From Octopus vulgaris (Eukaryota), in contig OX597833.1 of NCBI GenBank assembly GCA_951406725.2, positions 57,846,001 through 57,910,000 on the forward strand: a stretch of DNA of 64,000 nucleotides, read 5' to 3'. The position numbers were made by a program, and so were the translations under genes. How positions within the stretch are numbered: the first letter of the stretch is position 1; each line of letters starts with the position of its first letter. The notes below the pieces were generated by a model that saw only the letters and a program-made list of their open reading frames with translations, had not been told where the DNA came from and made no database searches. Of the stretch, positions 1 through 13,024 are shown piece after piece.

Positions 1-1024
1 ATCCAGCTTTGTTGATTAACTCATTCCTTTCTCTAGGAGGAATACTTTGAGCATGTTTTAAAACTTTCGCAAATACATTCGTTTCTGTTGAGAATTGTTT
101 GTTCATTGGGACATATGTATATGTTGGTGTATCCATTTTTAGATAAATTGATCCAAGCCGATGATGAGAATATGATGTTGCTTTTATTTCAATTGCTTTT
201 TCAAGCAATTTTCTTCCTTGTTCAAACTGATTTGAACGTATATAATTATTGCTACTTAACTCCAAAACATAGGGGTCATCAGGGGAAATATGAAGAGCTC
301 TCTGAACATACTCTTCAGCTGGTTGACTACGAAAATTTTGAGGACTAATTTTAAACAAACCTATCAATGCTAATGTTCTTCCCATTAGGGCCTTGTCAAT
401 ATGGTGTGGAAAAGCACATTGTATTTTCTCTAAGTACTGTATTGATTCCTTAATATTTTCACGCATTTTCTCTTTATCCAAGGTCTTTCTTAAACAACGA
501 TATTGCAACAAAGCAATAGAAAACATACACAGATAATCGTCTGGACAAACGTTGAGAGACTCTTTGTAAAGTTCGACAGCTCTTTCATGATCTTTAAAAG
601 ATATAGTAGCTAAACAATAAGCAACATTTCTTTTTCCTTCTGCTTCTATCAGCGAGAAATTTTCTCTTTCTTCAAGCTTGCTTAGATTATCCAAAAGGTT
701 TCTTACCTCAGGGATATTTCCATTGTACAAATGAATGAATGCCAGGTTGGTTAATGCCACCAGGTTATCTGGCTTCTTTTCTCGAACTTCATTGGCTAAT
801 TTTTCAGCTGAAAATTTATCGTTCATCTGCCACAGAATATATACTAGGACGTTCTTTTGACGAATCTCATCTTCTAAACCAAATAAGATATCATCATTCA
901 ACGAATTTTCTACTTTTTTGTAGAGAGACGACCAAACTTCTTTGGTTTTCTCAAAATTTTCTTCCATTACATTTGGAAATCTTTTAATTCTCTCCCTATA
1001 CGATTCTCTTCTACTTCCTTCATC
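1..1024 (-). pseudogene. IFIT/TTC22-like TPR gene copy 1: exon 2, running off the window start; ATG exon deleted
   Basis: Near-identical to copy 2 exon 2, with acceptor tttcag|GATGAAGGA at 1024. The segments I translated are open (e.g. GLFKISPQNFRSQPAEEYVQRALHISPDDPYVLELSSNNY). I found no exon-1 sequence between 1025 and 8237. The 3' end is outside the window. Confidence 0.7.
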
Positions 1025-1410
1025 CTGAAATAAAAACAAAATGATTGCGTATGAAATATGATATCACACATTATCATTGACAAAAAGATATTCTCCAATT
1101 TTCGATTTTTAGTTAATGAAACAATGTTAAACCATCTTAGTGTGATACGGTTGATGTAGTGGCTGAGCATTTTGGATTCGAATGTTCGATGTTTTGAATA
1201 TACGCACAGAAAACTGAGCGTAAATAAGTGAGAGATCAATGTAAGAGGTGTGATTAACAGAGTGATAAATTCATCATCATCATCATCATCATCATTATCA
1301 ACAACAACAACAACAAGAACAATAACATGATGGACAGGCTGTTGCAGATCACTTATATTATGTAATATAATATGATATAACACTCTCTCACACACACATA
1401 CACACACGCG

Positions 1411-2640
1411 CAAAAATAATGGAAACACCTAGCATCATAACATCATAATTTTGAGATATTTATAAAACCGTCAAAACGTTTTTTGATTTATTATTAGTGT
1501 TGCTTAATATGTTTTGCTAAAATTGCTTTTTCTTTTCAGATATCATCAAAATAAGGTAATTAAAATTCATTAAGATGACAGATCTATCGGACTTTCAAAA
1601 CGGTCAAATTGTTGGTGCTCGTATAGCAGGCGCTAGCGTAACGAAAACAGCTGAAATGCTTGGGGTATCAAGAAGTCTCGAAAGTAATGACAGCCTTTGA
1701 GAAAGAGGGAAAAAACCTCCTCGTTGAAACAAAACTCCAGAAGGAAACCAAAACTTCCAGATAGGGACCGTTGGATTCTTATGCGAATTATTAGAAAGAA
1801 TCACAAAAGTACAGCTCCCTAAATTACTGTAGAGCTTAATGACCACTTCGAGAACCCAGTTTCCTCAAGAATAGTTCACCGGGAGCCACAAAAGGCAGGA
1901 TTCCAAGGGAGGGCTACAGTCAAGAAAACCACTACTTTCAAAAACAAACGTTGCAAAGCGTTTAGAGTGGAGTAAAAATCTACAGAATTGGTCCCCAGAG
2001 CAGTGGATGAATGTTATTTTCTCGGACGAGTCATCCTTTACCTTTTTTCCGACCACCGAGTGTACTTGTGGAGTCAGCCAAAAGAAGCATTTGACCCACA
2101 CTGCTTTCTTCTATTAAACATGGAAGAGGATCTGTAATGATGAGCTTTCGGGGATATATCTTGGAAATCCGCTGGCCCAATGATTTTCCTTCATGGCAGA
2201 ATTAATAGTCAAGATATTGAAGCTTTTTATCTGATCAAATTCATCCAATGGTTGCAGAACTGTTTCCGGAGCGAAATGCAATCTTTCAGAATGATAATGC
2301 ACCAATTCACACAGCTAAAGTTGTTACTGAATGGTACGAGGAACATTTTAGTAAGGTTGACCATCTTATATGGCCACCACAGTCCCCAGGTCTCAATATT
2401 ATTGAACACTTATTGTGCATTTTAGAAAAATAAGGAAGCAGCCGATATCCTCCACTATCATCAGTACAAGAACTGGAGACTGATTGAACAAAAATTCCTT
2501 TGGAAAGAATTCAAACTTTGTACAAGTCCATATCTTGTAGAATTCAACTTGTAATTACTGCCAAATATCAAAATTACTGCCATATTAAAATAAATTTGTT
2601 TGAAATGTTAAGGTGTTTCCATTATTTTGTCCAACCCCTG
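1411..2640 (+). mobile_element. Tc1/mariner (DD34E-type) transposon remnant in the intron of copy 1
   Basis: Fragmented transposase: MTDLSDFQNGQIVGAR, VIFSDES, FQNDNAPIH, WPPQSPGLNIIEH. Right TIR aggtgtttccattattttgtccaacccctg followed by TA. Partial left TIR caaaaataatggaaacacct. Confidence 0.9.
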
Positions 2641-2870
2641 TATAGGCAGAAACTGAATTTGCCTCACATTGAAACCGAACCCAGTAGCACAGGGTTGAGA
2701 AACAACTTTTATACCTCACAACTACGCTTATAAGTATATAACACACACATATACACGCACACATACACTCGCACCCACACATTTATACATATTCATATAT
2801 ACATACATGTGTGTGTGTGTGTGCGCGCGTCTCCGAAAAGCAGCGAAATTATATATTTCTGTACAATTAA

Positions 2871-3263
2871 TCTCTCTATATATAAAGCTGAAGTTGTCTG
2901 TGTATGGAAGGTTTGGTAGCCTTCAACTAACACTATCTCCTCCGAGACCCTGCGGCACAAGTTGACCAAAATTGAGAGTATGATAGAAGAAGGCTTGCTC
3001 TTCCTTCCGTAGAAGAAAAAATTCAAATCGGAGCATGTTAACACCAAAAATTATTTACATGAAAAATGTGCTTTTTTTCTATGAAAATCCCTAATTTTGA
3101 CGATTTTTTTGACTGCTCTGTCGCCATTTCTCGGTGTATTTCAACCAGAAAAATGTTCACTTAAAGAGAATAACAAGCTACATAATGCACATTTTTTACT
3201 TTTCAAAAACTCCAATTCTAAAGGGTCGAAAGAAACCCGAGCAACGCCGGGTTATACTGCTAG
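2871..3263 (+). mobile_element. Non-autonomous Helitron
   Basis: 5' A|TC(TC)TATATATAAAG; 3' GC hairpin cccgagcaacgccggg followed by CTAG|T; no TSD. Confidence 0.75.
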
Positions 3264-3552
3264 TCTTCTATAAAATTGCATCACTATACTAAAAACTTAG
3301 AGATATAAACGCTGCCCTCGATTTTAATAGGAATTACGCAATTTTATTTCAAGGGAAATTACTCTGTGGAACACACGTTTATATTGTCTCCCGTGTTTTA
3401 TTAATCATGGCAACCTTTCCTTAACTATCATACACAAACCATAAAAGATTTATTCCCCTTCGATGTTCATTTTTTTTTTCTCACGAAAACATGACAGAAA
3501 ATGAATCTTTTTGATTGCTGTTGTAGCGGTCATAAGACTTTAGCAGCAGCTT

Positions 3553-3976
3553 GGGATCTTTTCGGTTTGAACGGCAGTTTTTTCTAGCGGTATCATATGA
3601 AATTGTCACCAAAATTATGACCCTAGTATCGATCTATTGCATTTCAATCTCTTTTAGGGTTAGGGTTAGGGTCAGAGATGGGGGAAGGGTATCTTTTTTT
3701 TCTTCACAAATGTAAATAAACCCAATCTGTTTCTTAAACGAGGGACATATTCATATGGCACACAATGCTTTTTAACTCAATAGACGTCACTGATTGGTTG
3801 AAATTGCAGAAATTGAAGAAAAAAATCAACAAATATCTTACAAACAATAGAATTTTCTCAATAAAGCCAAGAGAAAAAGATGTTTTATAAACACATTCTA
3901 CCAGTATACGAAGTTTAAAAGTGTTTAGTTACCTAGAAATTATGTTAAAAACTGCCGTTCAAACCGAAAAGATCCC
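3553..3976. mobile_element. MITE with ~28-bp TIRs (gggatcttttcggtttgaacggcagttt) and internal TTAGGG repeats
   Basis: Perfect terminal inverted repeats, non-coding interior, multiple copies in the window. No clear TSD. Confidence 0.8.
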
Positions 3977-4141
3977 AGGGAGTTTTTGACCTCTAATTGC
4001 TTGGGTAATTACTTGGATAATATCAGGTTATCAAATTTATCATAGGTTCGAAAAGAAATTGGATCGGTTATTTAGAAAATTTGAGACTTTTCTATAGTGG
4101 AAACATTCTACATAAGAAGTATTTCTCAAGTTGACAATGGA

Positions 4142-4159
4142 TAAGATTGAAGACATTCT

Positions 4160-4228
<69 letters not shown>

Positions 4229-4439
4229 TGTTTTTGTGTGCGCACGCCCGATCGAGTGTGTGTGTGTCTGTGACTATGTGTGTGACTGTATGTGTGTGCG
4301 TCTGTGTGTGTTTGTGTGTTTGGGTATGTGTTTGTGTGTGTATGAGTGTGTATGTGTGCCTGTGATTGTATGGGTGTGCGTCTCTGACTCTGTGTGTGTG
4401 TGTGTGAGTGTTTGGGTACGTGTTTGTTTGTGTGTATAT

Positions 4440-4481
<42 letters not shown>

Positions 4482-4510
4482 ATGAATGTATGTATGTATA
4501 TATATATATA
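4142..4510. repeat. (TG)n compound microsatellite with degenerate higher-order units
   Basis: Directly visible; counterparts at ~17655-18030, ~33805-34145 and ~47290-47690. Confidence 0.9.
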
Positions 4511-4996
4511 ACACAGTGATTGTTTCTTATCAGGAACAAAATGTTTAATAGAACTGCTATAGAAGTGCTCAATTGAATGAGACAAACACATCAATCTAAG
4601 GTTACAGAACAAAGGCAAAGTCATCCACATAACATTTCATATCTCGAACATTTAATCATAGAATATACATTTATGACATCACGGAAGATGGAACATGACT
4701 CATATGTATATTCTATGATTAAATGTTCGAGATATGAAATGTTATGTGGATGACCTTGCCTTTGTTTGTTCTGTAACCTTAGTTTGTATATGTGACCACG
4801 TGAGTACCGCTGGCGATTTTATTCCTCCGTCGTCCCTTCTCGGGATCTTTCCTTCTCCTATGTTTCCGACGAAGAGCTCCGCTCGAAAGGTTAAACCCTC
4901 CATCTTCCCTTCTTTCCTGAGCGTCCAATAATACTATATTTGTTCCACGTCCTCGCGTTGTTGTGTTTTTTTTTTGTGTTTTCTTGTTTGGATTAA

Positions 4997-5061
<65 letters not shown>

Positions 5062-5280
5062 GAGAGAGAGAGAGAGAACGGGAAGCTTTATGAAAATAAA
5101 CAAAAGACGAAGGCAGGTGGAATACAAACAAACAATTGTAATAGTATGGCGCTCAGGAATATCAATAAAACAAGTCTTTTACGTTTCGAGCCTACGCTCT
5201 TCAACAGAAAGATACACAGAAAAGAAGCACGGAGAGAAACAAGGAGAGAAAAAAATGCGTGCAGAATCTAGCGAATCAAC
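4511..5280. mobile_element. Penelope-like terminal (pLTR) fragments with an inverted duplication and degenerate hammerhead motifs
   Basis: Inverted arms at 4596-4670 and 4703-4782. Degenerate core ccgacga-agagc-tcc-gctc-gaaa at 4866-4888. Minus-strand ttgaagagcgtaggctcgaaacgta near 5180-5203. Inserted in (TA)n. Confidence 0.55.
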
Positions 5281-5385
5281 ATATATATATATAAGGCGGC
5301 GAGTTGGTAGAAACGTTTGCACGCCGAGCGTTTGTCTGTCCCTTTTTATCCCCTCTGTGTTTAGCCCCTTGTGGGTAGTAAAGAA

Positions 5386-5445
<60 letters not shown>

Positions 5446-8236
5446 AGTAGTTGAATGAATTATCTTATTAAGGATAATTCGAAAGATAACCGATACCTGG
5501 ATACAAATTCACATCAGAAAGAACACGGTTGAAGCTACGTCCCTAGGGCATAGACTACGTGCCTTCGTGCGGAAATTTGTATGTTTATTTTAAAATTATA
5601 AGTATATGAAAGAATGGAGTTGAACGACTAGTTAACAAATATCCTTTATTCTCGACATATGTTTCGAAGGCTGCATATTCCTAATTCCGAAGAAATAGGG
5701 AGTACATTATGCAGATTTCTCATCAGGAAAATCAAGGAACTTATGTCGACATCAAAATGCAAAAAAAACTTTTAGCTGACCGCTCTCAAGGAGCCCATGG
5801 CGATAATGGGTGTCTCTTTATAAGGAGTGACGTCAGAGTGGCTGAATGTAGAAGAATCTAGAAGTTTCTAAAGGTTCAAGGGTTCAAACGAAGTAGGAGG
5901 AGGGAGGCATAAGAATAGTAAGGTGAGAGAGTGCAGGTCATAAGAATGGTGGGTTTAAATGATTTCTCTTATGAATGAGTGTCTGTGTGTGTGACTGTAT
6001 ATAACTGTCTTAATGTATGTATGTGTGTGTCTGAATACGTGATTGTGTTTGTGGATGGGTAATTTAGTGTTTCTACTTTTGGAATTTTTGGATAAGAACT
6101 TTAATCTGTTGGGGTTGGTTTCCGATACTAAGACAGAGTTTTTATTGTTGTGATAAGTGTAAAAATTGTTGCTGGCTTTGGCCACGATACTATTCATCTT
6201 ATTATCATTACTATTAGTTGTAATATCGTTGGCAAATTCCCTGGCTATAGGAATGCTGCGATTGTTATCATCAATAATATAACTGTTATTAAGAATGCTG
6301 GTACTATTACCACTAACACCACCACTGTTAATAATCTGGCTAATGTTATTATCATTATTACTATTGCTAACTATTCGTAGTTCTGTAATTCTTCTGTATT
6401 TCCTTCTTGAGCAATTCTAAATACTTGTTTTTTGCTAGAAGAAATTTGAGGACGACTTGTGGGACATTGTAAGGCCATTAGATTTCGTAAATCGCCCGTT
6501 AGGAATAAACACCTTAGATACCTCAACAATATCACCAAAGATATAAACAGCTCAGACGCTATCCTGGTCCAATCAGATAAAACCAGGAATACATACAAGC
6601 TAGCAAAAAAAACAGTATTTAGAATTGCTCAAGAAGGAAATACAGAAGAATTACAGAACTACGAATAAGGATACACTTAGAAAAGCCAACTTGGAAATTA
6701 AAAAAATCATGGTTACTCATGGTTTGCAAATGAAAACACAACCACTCAACCCAAGGCAACCAAGATTCATCGTCAAGGACCATAAACCAAACTTCCAAAC
6801 CAACCCAGCATTAAGGCTCATTTGCCCTTCTAGTTCCGACATCGGTTCCATCAGTAAGTACATTTTAGATAAATACATACCTAGATTAGTTAATAAGCTT
6901 AAACTCAACATATGGTCTAACTCCACTCAAGTCGTAGAATGGTTCTCTTGCGTTTCTAATAAAAATAGCACTAAATTCATTCAATTCGATATTTCCACTT
7001 TCTACCCTTCGATAAACCCCAGCGTGCTCAATAAGGCCCTATGGCACGCACATAACAAGGCAGGGCTGACAAGGGAGGAAATTAATATAATTCTAGCCGC
7101 TAGGAAATCCTTCATTCAATTCGATGATAAGTTATGGGTCCGTAAGGATACTCCCGACGCGTTCGATGTGCCAATGGGAAGCTCAGATAGCGCCCAGGTA
7201 GCCGATTTGGTCGGAATCTATATTCTATATGAATTAGCCGACCAATTCCCGGACATCTGCGGCAGTCTGTATTGAGACGATTGTCTTTTTTACCTACAGA
7301 ATGCCCCTAACAGTAGGATACAGAAGACTAAAAATAGATTAGTTAGATTTTTCAGCAGGATGGGCATTAGCATAATTTTTGACAACGAACTAACTAAGGC
7401 CAATTTTTTAGGTGTTACCTTAAATTTGCATAATAATTCTTACTTCCCTTACCATAAGCCGTCTACGAATCTAAAATATGTCAGTATTTTCAGTAACCAT
7501 GCAAAAACTATCACCGATAATTTGGTTAAAAATATATCCTTAAGACTATCAACGTTATCAGCAAATGTCGACATTTTTAAACAGAAAGCGGAATTATATA
7601 ATGCCGCCTTGTCAAAGGCCGGTTATAGAGATAAGGTATCATATATCGATCCGGCCCATCCTAAACTAATATCTGCCCATCAAGATAAGATAACTTCTAA
7701 TAATAATATAAATAACATAAATAGTGATTTCAGCTCTAGCAACGTCGACACAAATATATTTTACAATAATAATTTACGGACCAGGGGAGGCCAGCGTAAA
7801 CCAAAACCCATTCTACAACACAGAAATATACCCTTTAATGTAAATGTCAACACTCAGCCATTCCAAGAACAAAAAAACTATATCTGGTTTGTGATTCCTT
7901 TCGGGAGACAAATCAGGTCTAATCTCCCTTTACAATTCCGTGAAGCCGTTGCTAAGAATTTTCCTAGGAATCCTAGATACTACTCCACTATAAATTCGCA
8001 TAAAGTAAGAATAGCATTCTCAAATACTAAAAATCTTTCGCAGATAATAGCTTCCCACAATAATAAGCTGCTAAATAGGGTCTCATCACCCATGAGTAGC
8101 GACACCGCCCTTACCCATTCCAACGTAAAATACAATAATTATAATAATAGAAGTAGTATGGATATTAGCAACATTCATAGCAGCATTAGCGTTAGCAATA
8201 GTAATAATGATAATAACATTAGTCAGATTATTAACA
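5446..8236 (+). mobile_element. Penelope-like retroelement: degenerate RT on +, inverted 3' part and pLTR on -
   Basis: RT motifs KDHK, LRLICP, FDISTFYPSI, PMGSSDSAQVADL, Y*DD (stop in YRDD), NFLGVTLNL and YHKP across ORFs 6459-8298. Segment 6326-6372 is the reverse complement of 8191-8237, and 6373-6438 is the reverse complement of ~6600-6667. Confidence 0.9.
5648..5732 (-). ncRNA. Type I hammerhead ribozyme (Penelope pLTR)
   Basis: Minus strand: attttc-CTGATGA-[gaa..ctgcata..cctatttc-ttcg-gaattagg..tatgcag..ttc]-GAAA-catat-GTC-gagaat. Stems I and II pair; stem III is the palindrome ACATATGT. Confidence 0.85.
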
Positions 8237-8339
8237 GAAATTATGCTTTCTGTTGTATTCGTGAAATGAAGAAAGGTCAATTTGTAGAAATGATATAATG
8301 AATAATAACAGTCAATATCTATATCCAATCTCTATCCAA

Positions 8340-8990
8340 GCTTCTCAGAATGGTAAATATATGGCAACGAATAGTATATACAGAGAGAGTGTCACTTTTT
8401 GTGCAAGTGTTCCTTTCTGGAAACTAGGTCCTATTGGAATGCTGGAAGTTGTAAAGGGATTAGTAAAGTAAATTAGTCGAGATTGAAGAAGTAAAATAAT
8501 TCAGAAATAATAAAAACTGTTTTGGGAATCTCAGAAAATAATATCAACGCCCGTTAATGTCACCAACTGAGTAAAAGTGAAAGAATTCTCTGAAAACACG
8601 TCACATCTGATTGACCAAATCGAATGCTGGTGAATCGGTATTATGTGTCAAAAGAGCAAAGTAACACATCGCTCTATTGTTATGTCAGATACTTTCACTT
8701 TAATATTGAAACTATTAAAATGAAACTATTATGTAACAGGGATGAAATGTAACTGGACATACATTCTGCTAGACTTGCTTAGGGTCCATGTAGTGTCATG
8801 AGCAAAAAAACCAATAGACTTCTTGCCTAGGGCGAGCCAACAGCAATATCGTATCTTCTCTACTATTTCAGTATTACGTGTCAAAAGTGAAAGAAAAACA
8901 TTTCTCTGTTGTAATGTCAGATACTTTCACTTAAATACTGAAACTATTATATAACAGGGAGGGCAGTAACTGGACATCCATTTTGCTAGA
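8340..8990 (-). promoter_or_regulatory. Putative IRF/STAT-responsive upstream region of copy 1
   Basis: AAAAGTGAAAG at 8573-8583 and 8883-8893; ACTTTCACTT(T) at 8691-8701 and 8923-8932; TTCTCTGAA at 8586-8594; TTCTCAGAA at ~8342-8350. A ~130-bp module is duplicated (8638-8773, 8871-8990). Confidence 0.55.
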
Positions 8991-9099
8991 AGAAGATCCG
9001 CTATGGCCTTATATGCTACACCACTGGTTTTAAATTCTTACTCATCAAATTAATATTCAATTTTTCACTCTTATAACTTTAAATTACAATTTACATGTA

Positions 9100-9168
<69 letters not shown>

Positions 9169-9213
9169 ACATATAGATGTCTATATAGAGAGAGAGATGT
9201 ATATATTTATATG

Positions 9214-9323
<110 letters not shown>

Positions 9324-9529
9324 CATATATTTATATATATATCTTTATATATAAAATTCAAGTTGTGTGTGTCAGACTCTGTATCCTCCGATTTAGATTC
9401 TCAACTACTCCCACATTTTGCGCTGCAGTTTAACCAAAAGCGGGTATGTTATAGATGTTTTAAAGATATTTTATAAACACATTCTACCAGTATACAAAGT
9501 TTAAAAGTGTTTAGTTACTCTCTCTCTCT

Positions 9530-9930
9530 CTCTCTCTCTTTTACTCTTTTACTTGTTTCAGTCATTTGACTGCGGCCATGCTGGAGCACCGCCTTTAATC
9601 GAGCAACTCGACCCCGGGACTTATTCTATTGTAAAGCCAGTACTTATTCTATCGGTCCCTTTTGAGTGACGGGGACGTAAACACACCAGCATCGGTTGTC
9701 AAGCAATGCTAGGAGGCCAAACACAGACACACAAACACACACACGCATATATATATATACACATATATACGACAGGCTTCTTTCAGTTTCTGCCTACCAA
9801 ATCTACTCACAAGACTTTGGTCGGCCCGAGGCTATAGTAGAAGACACTTGCCCAAGGTACCACACAGTGGGACTGAACCCAAAACCATGTGGTTGGTAAA
9901 CAAGCTACTTACCACACAGCCACTCCTACG
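9530..9930 (-). mobile_element. tRNA-derived SINE (octopus-type), inserted in a MITE
   Basis: A-box-like TGGCTGTGTGG and B-box-like GGTTCAGTCCC on the minus strand; gtaaaaga tail; many copies in the window. Confidence 0.85.
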
Positions 9931-10119
9931 TGTAAATTATTTTAAAAAACTACCGTTCAAACCGAAAAGATCCAACGTCATTTATAAACGAGTAACCCGG
10001 ATACGTTTATTAAATACCTAGAAACCAGAAACAACTAAAAACGAAACGGAAAGCAAATAGTGATTCATATAAATTCCTCGAATATTATCAAATTAGAAAA
10101 AAAAAGACATATTTAAATA

Positions 10120-10387
10120 GGCGTAGGACTGGCTTTGAGTTAAGTAGCTTGGTTACGAATTACATGGTTCCGAGTTCAGTCCCACTGCGTGGCAGCTTGG
10201 GCAAGTGTCTTCTTCTATAGCTTCGGGCCAACCAAAGCCTTGTGACTGGATTTGGTAGACGGAAACTGAAAGAAGCCCGTCGTATATATGTATATATATA
10301 TATGTATGTGTGTGTATGTGTTTGTCCTCCCAACATCACTTGACAACCGATGCTGGTGTGTTTACATCCCTGTAACTTAGCGGTTCG
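10120..10387 (+). mobile_element. tRNA-derived SINE, 3'-truncated
   Basis: Same family head and body (gagttcagtccc, ggcaagtgtctt, cggaaactgaaagaagcccgtcg). Confidence 0.8.
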
Positions 10388-10453
10388 TAACTAATTGCTA
10401 AAATCATTAATTATTAATTAATTAATTAATTTTTACCCTTTATTATTATTGAT

Positions 10454-10622
<169 letters not shown>

Positions 10623-11126
10623 GGGGGTATAACTCCAAACTTACAGGGAAAAATTCAGTTTAGTATTAAATTAAATTTCACAGTATAGAGATATAAAATA
10701 TGAATTAGAGATAAAACCACTATTATGCAAATCAAGCAGTGGTAGACATAAACCAATACATAAATAAATAAATTTTTAAATGTATTTCATGAATATATTA
10801 TATTGATATTTATAATATTTATGTAAGTAATAATGGACCAATTAATTCATTTATTTTTCATTATATGTCTTTATATTTATTGACAGAGTAAATTTTAGAT
10901 TTTAATTACTATATTTGTTGATTATAATTTAGATACTTATTTTTAAATATTTTATAATCATTAGATGTTAACTTAAATTTAAAAATATGAATAGTGATTA
11001 TTTTGTTAAATAATTTGGTAATTAAATATTGGACTATAACTGAGTTAACGATATTCGAGAGTTTATTATGTTTTTTTAAAGCTATATTATATCTTCATAG
11101 ATAAATACATTTTTCTATACTTTTTG

Positions 11127-11205
<79 letters not shown>

Positions 11206-11635
11206 AATACTCTTCAATACCTTTACAGCTGCTTCCTTGTCCACTGAATACCTTTCATCATACATTACACGAAACATTAAGTTACGTCGAACTTTGAAAC
11301 TCTGCAGCCAACCACCACTATGATGACACTTATATCTTAGTTTAAGTATTTTGTGAGTCTAGAAGGTTTGTTTCTTCAATATTAGATCTGCATACAACTC
11401 ATTACCTTCCCTTATATGTATCCTATGAGATCAAATTCATCAGAAATTCATCTGATTTCCATTTTTTTTTTCATCTTTCATTGTTTTCTTCTTATACATC
11501 TGTTTCTTTGAATAATTTTTAGGAAAACAAAAATCAAACACAACTGTATACTATTATTTTTAGTTTATTTCAATTTTTATTGTCAATTTTGGAAAATCCA
11601 GTGCTGTTACAGGCATCTTGTAGACACAATGCTTT

Positions 11636-12484
11636 TGTTAAGAACCTGCCGTCGCTTAACTCGAACCCGGGACCCTACTAAGTCGAGCGACGACGATTGA
11701 CCAGGCTCAGTCGAACGGAATCCGCCACAGAGAAAACGGTGGTGGGGATGGCAGCGAACTCGAACCGGCGACCGGAGATAACAACAACAACAACAGTAGG
11801 AAGAAGAGAGACGGCGGAAGGTAATTGCTTAACGTTTAACAACAGTTTATACAATTATTACAACATCAAATAAAACGTGAAACATATCAGATACATTTAA
11901 GAAAATAACCTACAACAGAATTAAAAAAAAAGAAAGCAACAAAAGGCATGCACAATACAGAACGTCTGGAAACAATCAAAACATTAATGTTTTGATGCAA
12001 TAGAGAGTTCGAAACAGTTCAACATTAAAGTCTTTCTCTTTCTTTCTTTTTCTTTTTAACACAATGTTCTTTTTTCTTTCTTTTCTTCCTCTTTTCCTCA
12101 ATTCACAGTTCTCTTTTTTTGACACAATTCTTTTTCTTTTAAACAATTCTTTTTTTCAACACAGTTCACAATTTAAACATAAACAAAACATACCGTTACA
12201 AACTCCTACTACAATAGCCATGCCTTTTCGCCGTAATCCCTCTCTTTCGCTCTACATGCCCCCAATGCTATCTGCCTGTCTTTCTCACCACGCCTGTCCA
12301 CACTGTCGTAGCCTCTCCAGACTGCACCTGTTGCCAACTCACTGTCTCAGGCAGAACTGACCGACAATCTCACAGCTCCCCGCATTTTAATGGGTCGTTT
12401 CTTAAACTTTGCTTGACCGGAAAAGGGTCAGAGGTATTTTCCAAACTCATTAATTTCTCTAGAAATTGACAGAACAACGTGTTT
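11636..12484 (-). mobile_element. Truncated solo LTR (same family as 26137-27057)
   Basis: Homologous to the complete LTR in unit 3, with one end removed by a ~1.9-kb deletion. Confidence 0.65.
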
Positions 12485-13024
12485 ATCGATCTTCAATGAT
12501 TTACTTGGTGTCTTTTGTGTAAATTAGTAATTTTTTATTGTTACTTATAGAATTCCAATGATCCAACGATGTTTCAGTATAATGCAAAGGTTTCGAGTTT
12601 TACATCATCCCAATATGTAGTCACGATTATCAAATGGAACTTTCAAGCAAAAGTATATCTCTAGATTCATTCCAATATTTTCTGCCACTTCTTCACTGTT
12701 TGGGGATGTTAAAATATGTCAAAATGAAAGTTAGTTATGACGTCATCCTTTGAATGCTCTGACGTCATTTCAACGTTGGTTTCAGGGCCACATCCATAAC
12801 AAAGGCAGTAGTATTTCCTGTAGAATTCTTTGCTACATTCATCTTGTGTTTCAAAGAAAGGAGTAGTCTAAATTTATATGATTTTTAAAATTTAACTTTA
12901 GATAAACGTGTTTGGTATTACTTCAGAAAATGTGAGATATATAACAATGAATTTCAAAATATTGTTGAGTATTATCAATAAAGAAAGTAATAAGGAAAGT
13001 ATATTTATGAACACAATTTATCTT

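Noticed and set aside
88-987. Plus-strand ORFs (MRIVCSLGH..., MPGWLMPPG...) recurring in all four units
   Set aside because: They are antisense shadows of the TPR exon; they recur only because of the duplication.
967-1428. 153-aa minus ORF with poly-D/V (also 30844-31326)
   Set aside because: It runs through intronic (CAT)n/(CAA)n microsatellites, enters exon 2 out of frame, and is broken in copies 2 and 4.
4092-4630. HT/CV/YI-repeat ORFs here and at 9071-9433, 17560-18208, 53944-54622, 56585-57538 and 57883-58743
   Set aside because: Translations of dinucleotide microsatellites, which lack stop codons.
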